In this document: in pieces, positions 52,183 to 62,519 of the stretch
How positions within the stretch are numbered: position 1 is the first letter of the stretch
Layout: each line of letters begins with the position of its first letter
Source: an uncultured Prevotella sp.
GTDB lineage: Bacteria; Bacteroidota; Bacteroidia; Bacteroidales; Bacteroidaceae
Reading direction: 5' to 3'
Assembly: GCA_900550035.1 (NCBI GenBank)
Contig: URQS01000002.1
Coordinates: forward strand, 17,150-81,149
Length of the DNA stretch: 64,000 nt
Translations under genes and position numbers: made by a program
Notes under the pieces: model-generated
The model's input: the letters and a program-made list of their open reading frames with translations, nothing else
Told to the model about the DNA's origin: nothing
Database searches by the model: none

Positions 52183-53412
52183 TTATTTAACAGTTACGGC
52201 AGTCTGCAGAGGCTGCTTAAGGTTGTTGATAAAGTCTTCTATCTGCATGTACCACACACGCTGGTTGGGAGTTCCGCTCTTGCACCATGAGGCGCCGAAG
52301 TAGTAGGTGAACTGTTCGTTGTTCTTCACGCCACGCTTTACGCCGACGGCGTTGCCCACGATGCCTGCCTTCTTGTGCCAAGGGTCGCGTACGAGCTGGG
52401 TGGCGTCGGCTCCGTTGGGGAAGAGTGCTGCCACATAAATCTCAAACTGATGGCGCTCGGCTGAATCTGTCGGGTCGGTATAGGCTACATAGTTGGGCGC
52501 GAGCTTCAGGTCGGATGCCTTCTCAGTGTGCACTACCACTCCACCGCAAACGTCCATCGGCTTCTTGAGTCCGTCGTACCAAACGGTCATCTTGTTGAAG
52601 AACGACCACTTGTCGAGGCTTATGATACGGTGTTCGGTCACGTTCTGACCGTCAATCTTCTCGGTATTATAAACAAGTTCGAGTGTGAAGCGCAGCGGAC
52701 CATTGTCAAGCACGCGGTATTCCTTGAAACAATACGGCATTACGATGCTGTCGCCAAGCATGATGGCAGGTGTACCGCATCCCAGGCTGGGACCTACGTT
52801 GTAGCAGTCGAGTCCGGTGCCGTGGTCTAGGTGGAGCGAAACAACCTGGTCGAGCGAGTCGGCCTCCTGCTTGCGTCCTTCCTTGCGCATCTGTGCCGAA
52901 AGACGATGGCCGTTGTATACAACAGCATAGCGCTTCTCTACATCGGGATAAGGAGTGCTCTTGAGCCACACGTCCATACCAAACGCTTTCTCGCCGGTGC
53001 GCTGCAATGCAGGACCGTAAGCTCTGTACGAGCAACGGTCGTTCTCCCATACGAAGTCGTCGACACGCCAAGGATACAGTTTTCCTTCAGCAAAGCTCTG
53101 TATAGGGGCGGGTGTGCCTGCCTTGACATAGAACTTGGCTGTGCCGCCAGGGATAACAGTAGTCTCGACAAGCAGCTTGTTGTCGTGTGTTATCTGGCAT
53201 GCCTCTGGCAGTCCATAGGGGTTTAACACTCTCACGGGGCTGCCCTGGGCCACTCCGAGAGCCTTCCACACTTCGTTGGCATCGAACTCTGCCACCTCAA
53301 GTCGTTGCTCCTGTCCGCTGTTTTTCACGGTGAGCACAACATCGGCCATGCATTCAACCCCTTGAACCATTGCAAGGAGAAGCATGAACGCATACTTTAT
53401 TTTCCGTATCAT
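52183..53412 (-). CDS. DUF4861 family secreted protein, paralog of 42797-44020
   Basis: Same motif set (WRVDDFVWEND, HLDHGTGLDCYNVGPSLGCGTPA). Confidence 0.85.
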   Translation of the reverse strand: MIRKIKYAFMLLLAMVQGVECMADVVLTVKNSGQEQRLEVAEFDANEVWKALGVAQGSPVRVLNPYGLPEACQITHDNKLLVETTVIPGGTAKFYVKAGTPAPIQSFAEGKLYPWRVDDFVWENDRCSYRAYGPALQRTGEKAFGMDVWLKSTPYPDVEKRYAVVYNGHRLSAQMRKEGRKQEADSLDQVVSLHLDHGTGLDCYNVGPSLGCGTPAIMLGDSIVMPYCFKEYRVLDNGPLRFTLELVYNTEKIDGQNVTEHRIISLDKWSFFNKMTVWYDGLKKPMDVCGGVVVHTEKASDLKLAPNYVAYTDPTDSAERHQFEIYVAALFPNGADATQLVRDPWHKKAGIVGNAVGVKRGVKNNEQFTYYFGASWCKSGTPNQRVWYMQIEDFINNLKQPLQTAVTVK

Positions 53413-53674
53413 TTTCTATATATTAATATGTAATAGATATCATCTAAACGTAACAAAATTGATTATTTTCATTTGATATAAGCTTGATAGCGCCTTCAAA
53501 TATACTAATAATTATTCTATTTAAGAATATTGTATTTTAGTTTTCCGTTAGATTTAATAACTGTTATACATTTATTGTTTATAATAGTACGTCTCAGTTT
53601 ACAAAATTACGGCAAACCAATTATTTTCGGGTATAAAAACGTACAAACGACATACGAATTTCGTACACAGGTAT

Positions 53675-53715
53675 AAAAAAAAAGAGATTGCCCCATATCA
53701 CATGGAGCAATCCCG
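53675..53715 (-). terminator. Terminator of a candidate short transcript
   Basis: Minus strand GGGATTGCTCCATG-loop-TGGGGCAATCTC followed by a long T run. Confidence 0.75.
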
Positions 53716-54134
53716 AAAAAGGAGTTTTCTAACATCAACTTTTAACTTAGGGCGTTATACACATTTACCGTAAGCCCTAAATATAAACTAATTATAAATA
53801 AACCATTTAATACAAAAAATCCCTATTTTCCATTTACATGCGAAATATCACTATTTCTAAAAATGAAATATCACTATTTCTATCTATATTACTAATCTAA
53901 ATCCTGCAGCCCTTGACTACTGCCAACGGCAGCAGACACTTCCCAAGTGGCTTGGGAAGATAAAGGGGTGTACATTAAGAATTGTCTGCTTGTTTGACTT
54001 TTAGTTTTTAATAAATTTGATATAAATGTGTGTGCTATTGAATTATGATGCAAAGGTAGCAGGAAAACACCAATCGGACGGTACATTTTTGTCCGAAAGG
54101 TGTATCTACCTGTTCACTTTTGGGCTTTTAACAC

Positions 54135-55691
54135 TTATTTGAGCGCTACTTTAGCCAAAATGCCTTCTGTAGCCCATGGGTCTTCGATTTCTTTTAGAAT
54201 CTGACCCATTCGCTTGGTGAGCTGTTTAATCAGTTTGCGATTCTCAGGCTTGTTGGCAATATTGTTGAGCTGATAAGGATCGTTCTGGTCGTCGAAGAGC
54301 AGAATCTCCTTACGCTTGTAGTCGCGTGTGATGTATATTGCCATTGTGTAGCGGTGGGTCTTGAGTCCGCGTGCTGCCGGGAAATAGTTGACAACGAGTC
54401 CGTCCTTATCCTTGTCGCCGTCCATATTCTGTATGTACAGAGCTGCATCGGGACGCTCAACGGTCTTAGACGCAGGGTCGAGGAAGAGGCTTGAATAGTC
54501 GACACCCTGAGTTACCGACGGAATCTGGTCGTGCAGACCTACAAGACCGAGCATTGTAGGCATGATGTCGGGCGACGAAAGCAGCAGATTGTCGGTACGC
54601 GGAGTGAGATGGCCCTTATATCTTATTAAGAATGGAACGTTCATCGACTCTGAATACGGCGAGTTCTTAGGGTCGTCGGTGTTCTGCGAGCACATCGTCT
54701 CGCCGTGGTCGGATGTGAACACAACGATTGTATTGTCGTCAAGACCTGCCTCACGCAGTGCATCGAGAATCATGCCGAAGGCGCGGTCAACGCCCGTAAC
54801 CGATGCGAAATAATAGCGAACAGACTCTGCCTTGCGCATTTCGCGGTTCGCATTCTTACGAACGAGGAGCTGGTCGAGCGGCTGCTTGGCATACAGATTA
54901 TAATCTTCTTCCATACAGTCGGTGAGCGAACGATACGGGCTGTGAGGCGGGTTCATGCCCACCATGAGGAAGAACGGCTTGTTGGAGTCGCGCTCGCCGT
55001 TACGGTTGAGAATGTAGCTTACGGCATGCTTTGCCTCATATATAGGCGACCATTCGTGCGGATCGTGACGATTGCCGTTGTTGTCCCAGTAGTGCGGGTT
55101 CTTGTGCTCGTCGAATGTGCCGTACGAGAGCCAATAGTTGAATCCGTGACGCTGTTGCGGCTCGGTGTAGGCATCCCATACGGGGCGCTGTGTCTCTACG
55201 TATTCGCCGGGATTCTGTGGCGAGTTCTTGGTTGGGAACTGCACGTGCAGCTTGCCGATGTATCCGCAGTCGTAGCCCGCCTGGCTCATCACGTCGCTCC
55301 AGCTTACGGGGTCGGTGAGCCAAGAAGAGATAGGACGGCTTGAGTTGCAGTTGAGAGGAACACCACTCTTATTAGGATACATACCAGTAAGCAGCGAGCC
55401 ACGATGGGGGCTGCTCAACGGACAGTTGCTCTGTGCCGATGTGAGCACTACCGATTCACGAGCGAAGCGGTTGATATTGGGGGTATGCACGGGGTCGTTC
55501 TGCGAGTTGATGGATCCCTCAAAGCCTGGTTGGCCCCAGAACTCCATGGCGTAATTGCGCATCTGGTCGGGGAATACATACACCACATTAGGACGCTGCT
55601 GTGCGGCAGCTGTTGTAGCAAACACCGAAAGTATAGGTGTTGCAACGTTCTTTAGCATAGACAGCTTGCTAAAAAAGCTTGAATTAGACAT
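54135..55691 (-). CDS. S1 (Ser-type formylglycine) sulfatase, probably chondroitin 4-O-sulfatase-like
   Basis: PNVVYVFPDQ, SSPHRGSLLTG, GYIGKLH, NPPHSPY, FTSDHG motifs. Specificity rests on recalled resemblance to B. thetaiotaomicron BT3349 and is not verified. Confidence 0.85.
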   Translation of the reverse strand: MSNSSFFSKLSMLKNVATPILSVFATTAAAQQRPNVVYVFPDQMRNYAMEFWGQPGFEGSINSQNDPVHTPNINRFARESVVLTSAQSNCPLSSPHRGSLLTGMYPNKSGVPLNCNSSRPISSWLTDPVSWSDVMSQAGYDCGYIGKLHVQFPTKNSPQNPGEYVETQRPVWDAYTEPQQRHGFNYWLSYGTFDEHKNPHYWDNNGNRHDPHEWSPIYEAKHAVSYILNRNGERDSNKPFFLMVGMNPPHSPYRSLTDCMEEDYNLYAKQPLDQLLVRKNANREMRKAESVRYYFASVTGVDRAFGMILDALREAGLDDNTIVVFTSDHGETMCSQNTDDPKNSPYSESMNVPFLIRYKGHLTPRTDNLLLSSPDIMPTMLGLVGLHDQIPSVTQGVDYSSLFLDPASKTVERPDAALYIQNMDGDKDKDGLVVNYFPAARGLKTHRYTMAIYITRDYKRKEILLFDDQNDPYQLNNIANKPENRKLIKQLTKRMGQILKEIEDPWATEGILAKVALK

Positions 55692-55761
55692 ATATATTAT
55701 TGTTTTTAGGTTTTACTATAGAGATATAAAGATTCCGTGCAAAAGGTTATTCATCACGTTA

Positions 55762-55826
55762 CAAAGTTATGAAATCATTGTGGAACAAACGTATATTTTA
55801 GTACAGAATCTTTATTATTTAGTACC
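55762..55826 (-). promoter_or_regulatory. Sulfatase promoter with a tandem activator-like site
   Basis: TAACTTTG -7 box (minus strand, 55762-55769); TATTTTAGTAC direct repeats at 55794 and 55816, 22 bp apart. Confidence 0.6.
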
Positions 55827-55956
55827 TATTTGCATGGTTTTTAGACATTTTTTGCAGTTGACATCCAAAAACAAACGTTATTAAAGCTGTATGCGTGCTG
55901 TTAAAAAAACTTGATTGTTTGCACGTTGCGCCATAAAGTAGTAATTTTGCAACGCA

Positions 55957-56361
55957 ATGAAATACATATTATTAACGATCATCACGCTGATGCTGTTCAC
56001 GGCGTGCGCCAAGACCGACGACGAGAAGGCTCAGGACCTGCTCGCCCAGATAGACCTGCTCTATGCCAAAGGTAAGTACAAGGAGACTCTCGACTCAATA
56101 ACCGTACTGCGCGACCGCTTCCCTATGGCACTCGAGTCAAGACGCAAGGCGCTTGCTATATGGCAGAAAGCATCGCTCGCTATGGCACAGAAAGACGTAG
56201 CCAACACCGACATACGCCTGCAGGAAGTGACACAACAGATAGAGGAAACCACCGACCGACTGGCACGCAACATGCTGCTTGTAAAGCGCGACTCGCTGCA
56301 GGCACGATATGAGGCAATGTGCGGCGTAGTGAGAATGATACACGCAAGGCAGAAACAATAG
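55957..56361 (+). CDS. Hypothetical lipoprotein
   Basis: LFTAC lipobox, helical body. Confidence 0.75.
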   Translation: MKYILLTIITLMLFTACAKTDDEKAQDLLAQIDLLYAKGKYKETLDSITVLRDRFPMALESRRKALAIWQKASLAMAQKDVANTDIRLQEVTQQIEETTDRLARNMLLVKRDSLQARYEAMCGVVRMIHARQKQ

Positions 56362-56423
56362 CAAGGGATAAACTTGTTTATTTGACAAGTTTTTTGTATT
56401 TTTGTGCCGACTTATTAACAGAC

Positions 56424-56966
56424 ATGACAAAGACAGAAGAACAATTCAGAAGCGTGATGCAGGAGTGCCGGACGTTATTCGGCAAGAAACTGCACGACTA
56501 TGGGGCATCGTGGCGCATATTGCGCCCGTCGTCGCTTACCGACCAGCTCTTCATCAAGGCCAAGCGCATACGCTCAATCGAAATCACCGGCACTACGCTT
56601 GTAGGCGAAGGTATACGCCCTGAGTTTATCGCTTTGATAAACTATGGCATCATCGGACTTATACAGCTCAAGAACGGATTCACAGACACAGTGGACACCA
56701 CGCCCGACGAGGCGATGGCAATGTACGACGAGTACGCACAGGAGTGTCTGGAACTGATGTTGCGCAAGAACCACGACTACGCCGAGGCTTGGCGCGACAT
56801 GCGTGTGAGCAGCTATACCGACTTTATTCTGACTAAAATACAACGCATCAAGGAGATAGAGAACATCAACGGCAACACTCTCGTATCAGAAGGCATCGAT
56901 GCCAACTATATGGACATCATCAACTATGCCTGCTTCGGAGCTATAAAAACTGTGGAGAACGAATAA
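56424..56966 (+). CDS. DUF1599 family protein
   Basis: Two KxHDY..W repeats; start placed at MTKTEEQ. Confidence 0.85.
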   Translation: MTKTEEQFRSVMQECRTLFGKKLHDYGASWRILRPSSLTDQLFIKAKRIRSIEITGTTLVGEGIRPEFIALINYGIIGLIQLKNGFTDTVDTTPDEAMAMYDEYAQECLELMLRKNHDYAEAWRDMRVSSYTDFILTKIQRIKEIENINGNTLVSEGIDANYMDIINYACFGAIKTVENE

Positions 56967-57014
56967 ACCCACACGCTGCCAACATATAACAGCAGAAATA
57001 AATCATCAACAAAA

Positions 57015-59093
57015 ATGTCCAAACTCAGAATACTCGCTGTAAACCTGTGCCGACTGGTACTTGGCCTGACATTCATACTTTCGGGATATGTCAAGGCTAT
57101 CGACCCGCTTGGCACACAATACAAACTGAAGGACTATGCAGCCGCATTGCATCTGGCGGAGTACATACCCGACTGGCTCACGCTCACGGGAGCGATAACA
57201 TTGGCTATGACGGAGTTTGCATTGGGCATATTCATGCTGTTTGCGATACGCCGCCGACTTGTGTCAAAGCTCACGACGGCAATGATGGTGGTGATGACAC
57301 TCATCACGGTGTGGATATTCATTGCAAACCCAGTGAAGGACTGCGGATGCTTCGGTGACGCAATAAAACTGACCAACGGCGAGACTCTGCTCAAGAACAT
57401 TGTGCTGCTGGCAGCAGCAATAATAACGATGTTGCGCCCGATGGACATGGGCAGACTCATATCGAAGTCGAACCAATGGATTGTGACCAACTACTCGCTG
57501 ATATACATCGTGTGCACAAGCATATACTGCCTGTATGCCCTACCGACGTTCGACTTCCGTCCGTATCACATAGGAGCCAACATCAAGAAGGGCATGGAGA
57601 TACCCGAAGGGGCAGAACAGCCGGAGTTTGAGACTACATTCATACTGAAAAAGAACGGACAGACACGCGAATTCACGCTCGACAACTATCCTGACTCTAC
57701 TTGGGAGTTTGTCGACTCGAAGACCATTCAGACACGACAAGGCTATGAGCCACCAATACACGACTTCAGCCTGACGGACACGGAAACCGGCGAAGACATC
57801 ACCGAGAATGTGCTCAACCATAAGGGCTACACTTTCTTGCTCATATCACGTTCGCTGGCATACGCCGATGACAGCAATTTCGGCAACATCGACCAGATAT
57901 ACGAGTATGCAACCGAATACAATATACCGTTCTACTGCATAACGGCATCTACCGACAAAGACATCAACCGATGGCGCGACATGACAGGAGCAGAATACCC
58001 GTTCTGCACAGCCGACGAGACAACACTCAAGACCATAATACGTAGCAACCCCGGACTGCTGCTCCTTAAGGATGCAACCATCATAGGCAAGTGGAGCCAC
58101 AACCAATTGCCAAACACCGAAGAACTGACAGCAAGCCCCGACAAGCTGCCTATAGGACAACAGACAGACGACGGAGTGACCGGCAAACTGATTAAGGTGC
58201 TGCTGACATTCCTGCTGCCTCTGACTGTGCTGACCATTGCCGACCGCATATGGGCATGGTCGAAGTGGGTGCGCAACAAAGAAAAGAAAGAATCGGACAA
58301 AATATTTCAAATCTTTAAAAACAAAAGGAAAATGAGAAAGAAAATTGTAGCAGGTAACTGGAAAATGAACCTCAACCTGCAGGATGGCGTTGCTCTCGCT
58401 AAGGAAATCAACGAGGCACTTGTAGCTGACAAACCAAACTGTGAAGTTATCATCTGCACTCCGTTCATCCACCTCGCTTCTGTAGCTCAGGTGCTCGACC
58501 AGAACGTAGTAGCTCTCGGTGCTGAGAACTGCGCTGACAAGGCTAAGGGTGCTTACACTGGCGAAGTTTCAGCTGAGATGGTTAAGAGCACTGGTGCTCA
58601 GTACGTAATCCTCGGCCACTCAGAGCGTCGTCAGTACTACGGCGAGACTGCTGAGATTCTGAAGGAGAAGGTAGACCTCGCACTTGCTAACGGTCTGAAG
58701 ATTCTCTTCTGCTGCGGCGAGACTCTTGAGGAGCGTCAGGCAGAGAAGCAGAACGAGGTAGTAAAGGCAGAACTCGAAGGCTCAGTATTCCACCTCGACG
58801 CAGAGGCTTGGAAGAACATCGTTATCGCTTACGAGCCAATCTGGGCTATCGGTACTGGCATGACTGCTACTTCTGACCAGGCTGAGGAGATGCTTGCTTA
58901 CATCCGCTCAATCGTTGCCGAGAAGTACGGCCAGGAGGCTGCTGAGGAGACTTCTATCCTCTACGGTGGAAGCTGCAAGGCAAGCAACGCTCCCGAGCTC
59001 TTCTCTAAGCCTAACATCGACGGTGGCCTCATCGGTGGCGCTTCATTGAAGTGCGCTGACTTCAAGGGCATCATCGACGCTTGGAAGAAGTAA
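57015..59093 (+). CDS. tpiA: DoxX/MauE-like (BT_3928-type) membrane protein fused in frame to triosephosphate isomerase (TPI part from 58332)
   Basis: N-part [23 protein letters not shown]-part [44 protein letters not shown]; no stop between them. Confidence 0.92.
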   Translation: MSKLRILAVNLCRLVLGLTFILSGYVKAIDPLGTQYKLKDYAAALHLAEYIPDWLTLTGAITLAMTEFALGIFMLFAIRRRLVSKLTTAMMVVMTLITVWIFIANPVKDCGCFGDAIKLTNGETLLKNIVLLAAAIITMLRPMDMGRLISKSNQWIVTNYSLIYIVCTSIYCLYALPTFDFRPYHIGANIKKGMEIPEGAEQPEFETTFILKKNGQTREFTLDNYPDSTWEFVDSKTIQTRQGYEPPIHDFSLTDTETGEDITENVLNHKGYTFLLISRSLAYADDSNFGNIDQIYEYATEYNIPFYCITASTDKDINRWRDMTGAEYPFCTADETTLKTIIRSNPGLLLLKDATIIGKWSHNQLPNTEELTASPDKLPIGQQTDDGVTGKLIKVLLTFLLPLTVLTIADRIWAWSKWVRNKEKKESDKIFQIFKNKRKMRKKIVAGNWKMNLNLQDGVALAKEINEALVADKPNCEVIICTPFIHLASVAQVLDQNVVALGAENCADKAKGAYTGEVSAEMVKSTGAQYVILGHSERRQYYGETAEILKEKVDLALANGLKILFCCGETLEERQAEKQNEVVKAELEGSVFHLDAEAWKNIVIAYEPIWAIGTGMTATSDQAEEMLAYIRSIVAEKYGQEAAEETSILYGGSCKASNAPELFSKPNIDGGLIGGASLKCADFKGIIDAWKK

Positions 59094-59122
59094 TCAGGAC
59101 TCAACAAGACTAATTCAAAACA

Positions 59123-59151
59123 GTGGAGCTGCCGCAATTGCCGGCGGCTCC
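59123..59151 (+). terminator. Hairpin after tpiA
   Basis: GTGGAGCTGCCG-CAATTGC-CGGCGGCTCCAC; weak U-tract. Confidence 0.55.
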
Positions 59152-59167
59152 ACATTATAATATATAT

Positions 59168-59860
59168 ATGAAACGCTTTCTATTCATACTGAACTTGCTA
59201 TTATGCATAGGTGCTGCCGCCCAGGCACAAACCTACACACAACACCTGCAGCAGAAAAAGCAGGGCAAGGCAAACGTCACCGTGACTCAGAGTCGCGAAA
59301 TAGAAACGCTTGTCAACGGGGCAAACGTGAGCGCACGCAAACCTGCCATCGACAACCATACGCCCAATAACGCGCACAAAACCGACAACGCCCCAACTAA
59401 AAAGCAGAATACTCAGGAGCAGGCGCTGCAAAAGCACACTGCCAACTCAAATAAAGGCGAAACTAACGCCAAACACGAACAGCATGCCACTCACGAACAA
59501 CATGCTAACAACCGCAAGACCGAAAACGAAGAAAATGACGACAACGAAATGGAAATACCTACTGTCGACATGCGCAAAAAGGTGATGCGACGCTCATACA
59601 AGGTGAACGGCTACCGCGTACAGGTATTTGCCGGTGGCAACTCGCGCAACGACAAGATTAAAGCTCAAAACGCTGGCAACGCCGTAAAAATGGCATTTCC
59701 AAGCCAACCAATATACGTACACTTCTACTCTCCACGATGGATTTGCCGCATGGGCAACTACCGCACCTACGCAGAGGCCAATGCCATTCTGCAACAGGTA
59801 AAGAAAATGGGATACAAACAAGCTTGCATCGTAAGCGGAAAGATAACAGTGGCGTATTAG
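59168..59860 (+). CDS. SPOR domain protein
   Basis: Signal peptide, low-complexity linker, GYRVQVF...PRW.CR.GNY C-terminal domain. Confidence 0.82.
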   Translation: MKRFLFILNLLLCIGAAAQAQTYTQHLQQKKQGKANVTVTQSREIETLVNGANVSARKPAIDNHTPNNAHKTDNAPTKKQNTQEQALQKHTANSNKGETNAKHEQHATHEQHANNRKTENEENDDNEMEIPTVDMRKKVMRRSYKVNGYRVQVFAGGNSRNDKIKAQNAGNAVKMAFPSQPIYVHFYSPRWICRMGNYRTYAEANAILQQVKKMGYKQACIVSGKITVAY

Positions 59861-60115
59861 GAATTAGGAATGACGAATTAGGAATTGGTTGCCTGCGGCA
59901 ATTAGGAATTAAGAATGACGAATTAGGAATTGGTTGTCTACGGCTATTAGGAGTAACTCGTAATTCAAACAACTCGTAATTCGTAATTCAAAACAACTCG
60001 TAATTCGTAATTCGTAACTCGTAATTCAAAAAACTCGTAATTCGTAACTCAAAAAAACTCGTAACTCGTAATTCAAAACAACTCGTAATTCGTAACTCGT
60101 AATTCGTAATTCAAA
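59856..60115. repeat. Inverted heptamer arrays filling the SPOR-folE intergenic region
   Basis: Two 45-bp units (59856-59900, 59901-59945) built of GAATTAG/GAATGAC, then many AAYTCGT/AATTCAA heptamers ending at the folE ATG. Confidence 0.92.
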
Positions 60116-60706
60116 ATGATAACTCCCGAATATCGCGAGGGTCTCGACGACCTCGCATCACACTACAAAGAAGTGCTGACATTGCTCGGCGAAGACCCCG
60201 AACGTGAGGGACTGCAGAAGACTCCTATGCGCGTTGCAAAGGCTATGCAGGTGCTCACACGCGGCTACTCACAGGATCCGCACAAGGTGTTGACCGACGC
60301 CCTCTTCAAGGAAGACTACAACCAGATGGTGCTCGTCAAGGACATCGACGTGTTCTCGCTCTGCGAACACCACATGTTGCCCTTCTACGGCAAGGCACAC
60401 GTGGCTTATATCCCTAACGGCTACATCACCGGACTAAGCAAGATTGCACGCGTTGTGGACATCTTCTCACATCGTCTGCAGGTGCAGGAGCGTCTGACAC
60501 AGCAGATACGCGAGTGTATAGAGGACACACTCCATCCCCTCGGAGTGATGGTAGTGATTGAGGCAAAGCACATGTGCATGCAGATGCGTGGTGTGGAGAA
60601 GCAAAGCTCTATAACCATGACAAGCGACTTCTCGGGCGCTTTCGAGCAGGCAAAGACACGCCAGGAACTGATGAATCTCATCAATTCAAACTCGCACAAA
60701 TTCTAA
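60116..60706 (+). CDS. folE: GTP cyclohydrolase I
   Basis: [45 protein letters not shown] motifs. Confidence 0.97.
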   Translation: MITPEYREGLDDLASHYKEVLTLLGEDPEREGLQKTPMRVAKAMQVLTRGYSQDPHKVLTDALFKEDYNQMVLVKDIDVFSLCEHHMLPFYGKAHVAYIPNGYITGLSKIARVVDIFSHRLQVQERLTQQIRECIEDTLHPLGVMVVIEAKHMCMQMRGVEKQSSITMTSDFSGAFEQAKTRQELMNLINSNSHKF

Positions 60707-60839
60707 TCAACAAAAAAATTCAAAAAAAGTTGATATATCCGTGCAATGTTTTCAAACAGCCTGCATTATAGTTAATGTAAGGCAATAAAACAATAACATT
60801 GCAACGAATATATAAACAATAAAAATCAAAACAAACAAA

Positions 60840-61526
60840 ATGAAAAATTTCAAGAATCTTCTCATGACATTCATCGGCATCATCGCCGTAGCCATGTGTG
60901 CAACATCATGCCTCAACAGTGATGACGACTCTATCGACGCTGTAACCCAGAAGCGCTACCAGCAATTGATGTCTGGAATGTACTCGGGCAAGGCTCGATT
61001 CTACCAGCTGAAATCTACAGGAAGCTTGTCAAGCCAAAAGACTTATGTAAAGTACGACTCTATCCATACTTCATGGGACGTAAATGCTGACTCTACATTC
61101 AGAATCAACAACTTCCCTGTATTTATGCTCGATAGCGCTATAGTAGTAGAGAAGACTTCTACTGGCAACGAGGCAGAGAAATACCGTGCTCTCAATCAGG
61201 CCATCCGCGCGTTGAAGAACAGTTCGGAGGGCTATATAATGGGTACTAAGGCAAGATATGTAATTCCTTCATCAAGCTGGGTAAGCGAAAACGTAATCCA
61301 GTTCTATGTACAGCCTTACACAATTGAGCGCACCATCAACTTCGACGGAGATGACCACAAGGTTTACTTCGTATTCAGCCCATACACTACTGGAGCTTTC
61401 TCGGCAACCAACCGCAAGTTCCAGGCACAGCTTGCACTGAGCGCTATCTGCATCGACAAGTTAGATCCGTCGCACACTGTACCATCACAGTTCATGAACA
61501 GCATTGTTGTTACACTGTCTGACTAA
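60840..61526 (+). CDS. Hypothetical lipoprotein (DUF4840-like)
   Basis: [10 protein letters not shown] lipobox; beta-rich body. Confidence 0.6.
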   Translation: MKNFKNLLMTFIGIIAVAMCATSCLNSDDDSIDAVTQKRYQQLMSGMYSGKARFYQLKSTGSLSSQKTYVKYDSIHTSWDVNADSTFRINNFPVFMLDSAIVVEKTSTGNEAEKYRALNQAIRALKNSSEGYIMGTKARYVIPSSSWVSENVIQFYVQPYTIERTINFDGDDHKVYFVFSPYTTGAFSATNRKFQAQLALSAICIDKLDPSHTVPSQFMNSIVVTLSD

Positions 61527-61567
61527 ATTGTGATGACATCACTATTACAATAAGCAAATATTCATCA

Positions 61568-62317
61568 ATGAAATTCATTTCATGGAACGTAAACGGTCTG
61601 CGTGCGTGCGTGCAGAAAGGGTTTGAAGACTCTTTCCGCACGCTCGACGCGGACTTTTTCTGTCTGCAGGAGACAAAGATGCAGGCGGGTCAGCTCGACC
61701 TTCAGTTTGAAGGCTACAACTCCTACTGGAACTATGCCGACAAGAAAGGATATTCGGGCACTGCAATATACACACGCCACACACCTATCAGCGTAAGCTA
61801 CGGCATAGGCATAGACGAGCACGACCACGAGGGACGCGTCATAACACTCGAGATGGAGGACTTCTATCTCGTGACATGCTATACGCCCAACTCACAGGAC
61901 GGACTGCGCCGACTCGACTATCGCATGCAGTGGGAGACCGACTTCCTCAACTATATCAAGCAGTTGGACGCAAAGAAACCCGTCATCCTTTGCGGCGACC
62001 TGAACGTGGCACACGAAGAAATCGACCTCAAGAACCCAAAGACCAACCGCAAGAATGCCGGATTTACCGACGAGGAACGCCAGAAAATGACAAAATTCCT
62101 TGCCAATGGATTTATCGACACCTTCCGCACGCTACATCCCGACGACCCTACCTACTCATGGTGGTCGTACAGATTCCGCGCTCGCGAGAAGAACGCAGGA
62201 TGGCGCATCGACTACTTCATCGTGTCGGAACGACTGCGCGCCAATATAGCATCAGCAGCAATACATACTGAAATATACGGCAGCGACCACTGCCCTGTAG
62301 AGCTCGTCATTGAATGA
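61568..62317 (+). CDS. xth: Exodeoxyribonuclease III
   Basis: [38 protein letters not shown] motifs. Confidence 0.96.
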   Translation: MKFISWNVNGLRACVQKGFEDSFRTLDADFFCLQETKMQAGQLDLQFEGYNSYWNYADKKGYSGTAIYTRHTPISVSYGIGIDEHDHEGRVITLEMEDFYLVTCYTPNSQDGLRRLDYRMQWETDFLNYIKQLDAKKPVILCGDLNVAHEEIDLKNPKTNRKNAGFTDEERQKMTKFLANGFIDTFRTLHPDDPTYSWWSYRFRAREKNAGWRIDYFIVSERLRANIASAAIHTEIYGSDHCPVELVIE

Positions 62318-62519
62318 CGGGCTTATTTTTTATAATGTGATACGCATAACCTAAAGAAACATTAAAATATTTGTCATTTACGCAAAAAGTAATTATCTTT
62401 GCACAGATAAACTGTGTCCGTGTATACATCTGTTTCTTGACATTTCTATCTGGACATACAACAATTCATTAAAATAGATTAAAACAACAACCAAATACAG
62501 CCTAACCCCATAACTTACA

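Noticed and set aside
59658..59979. Small ORFs with IPNSSFLIPN or LGIRNDELGI repeats
   Set aside because: They are translation artefacts of the heptamer arrays.
59856..60115. CRISPR array
   Set aside because: Units are tandem heptamers with no unique spacers, and no cas genes are present.
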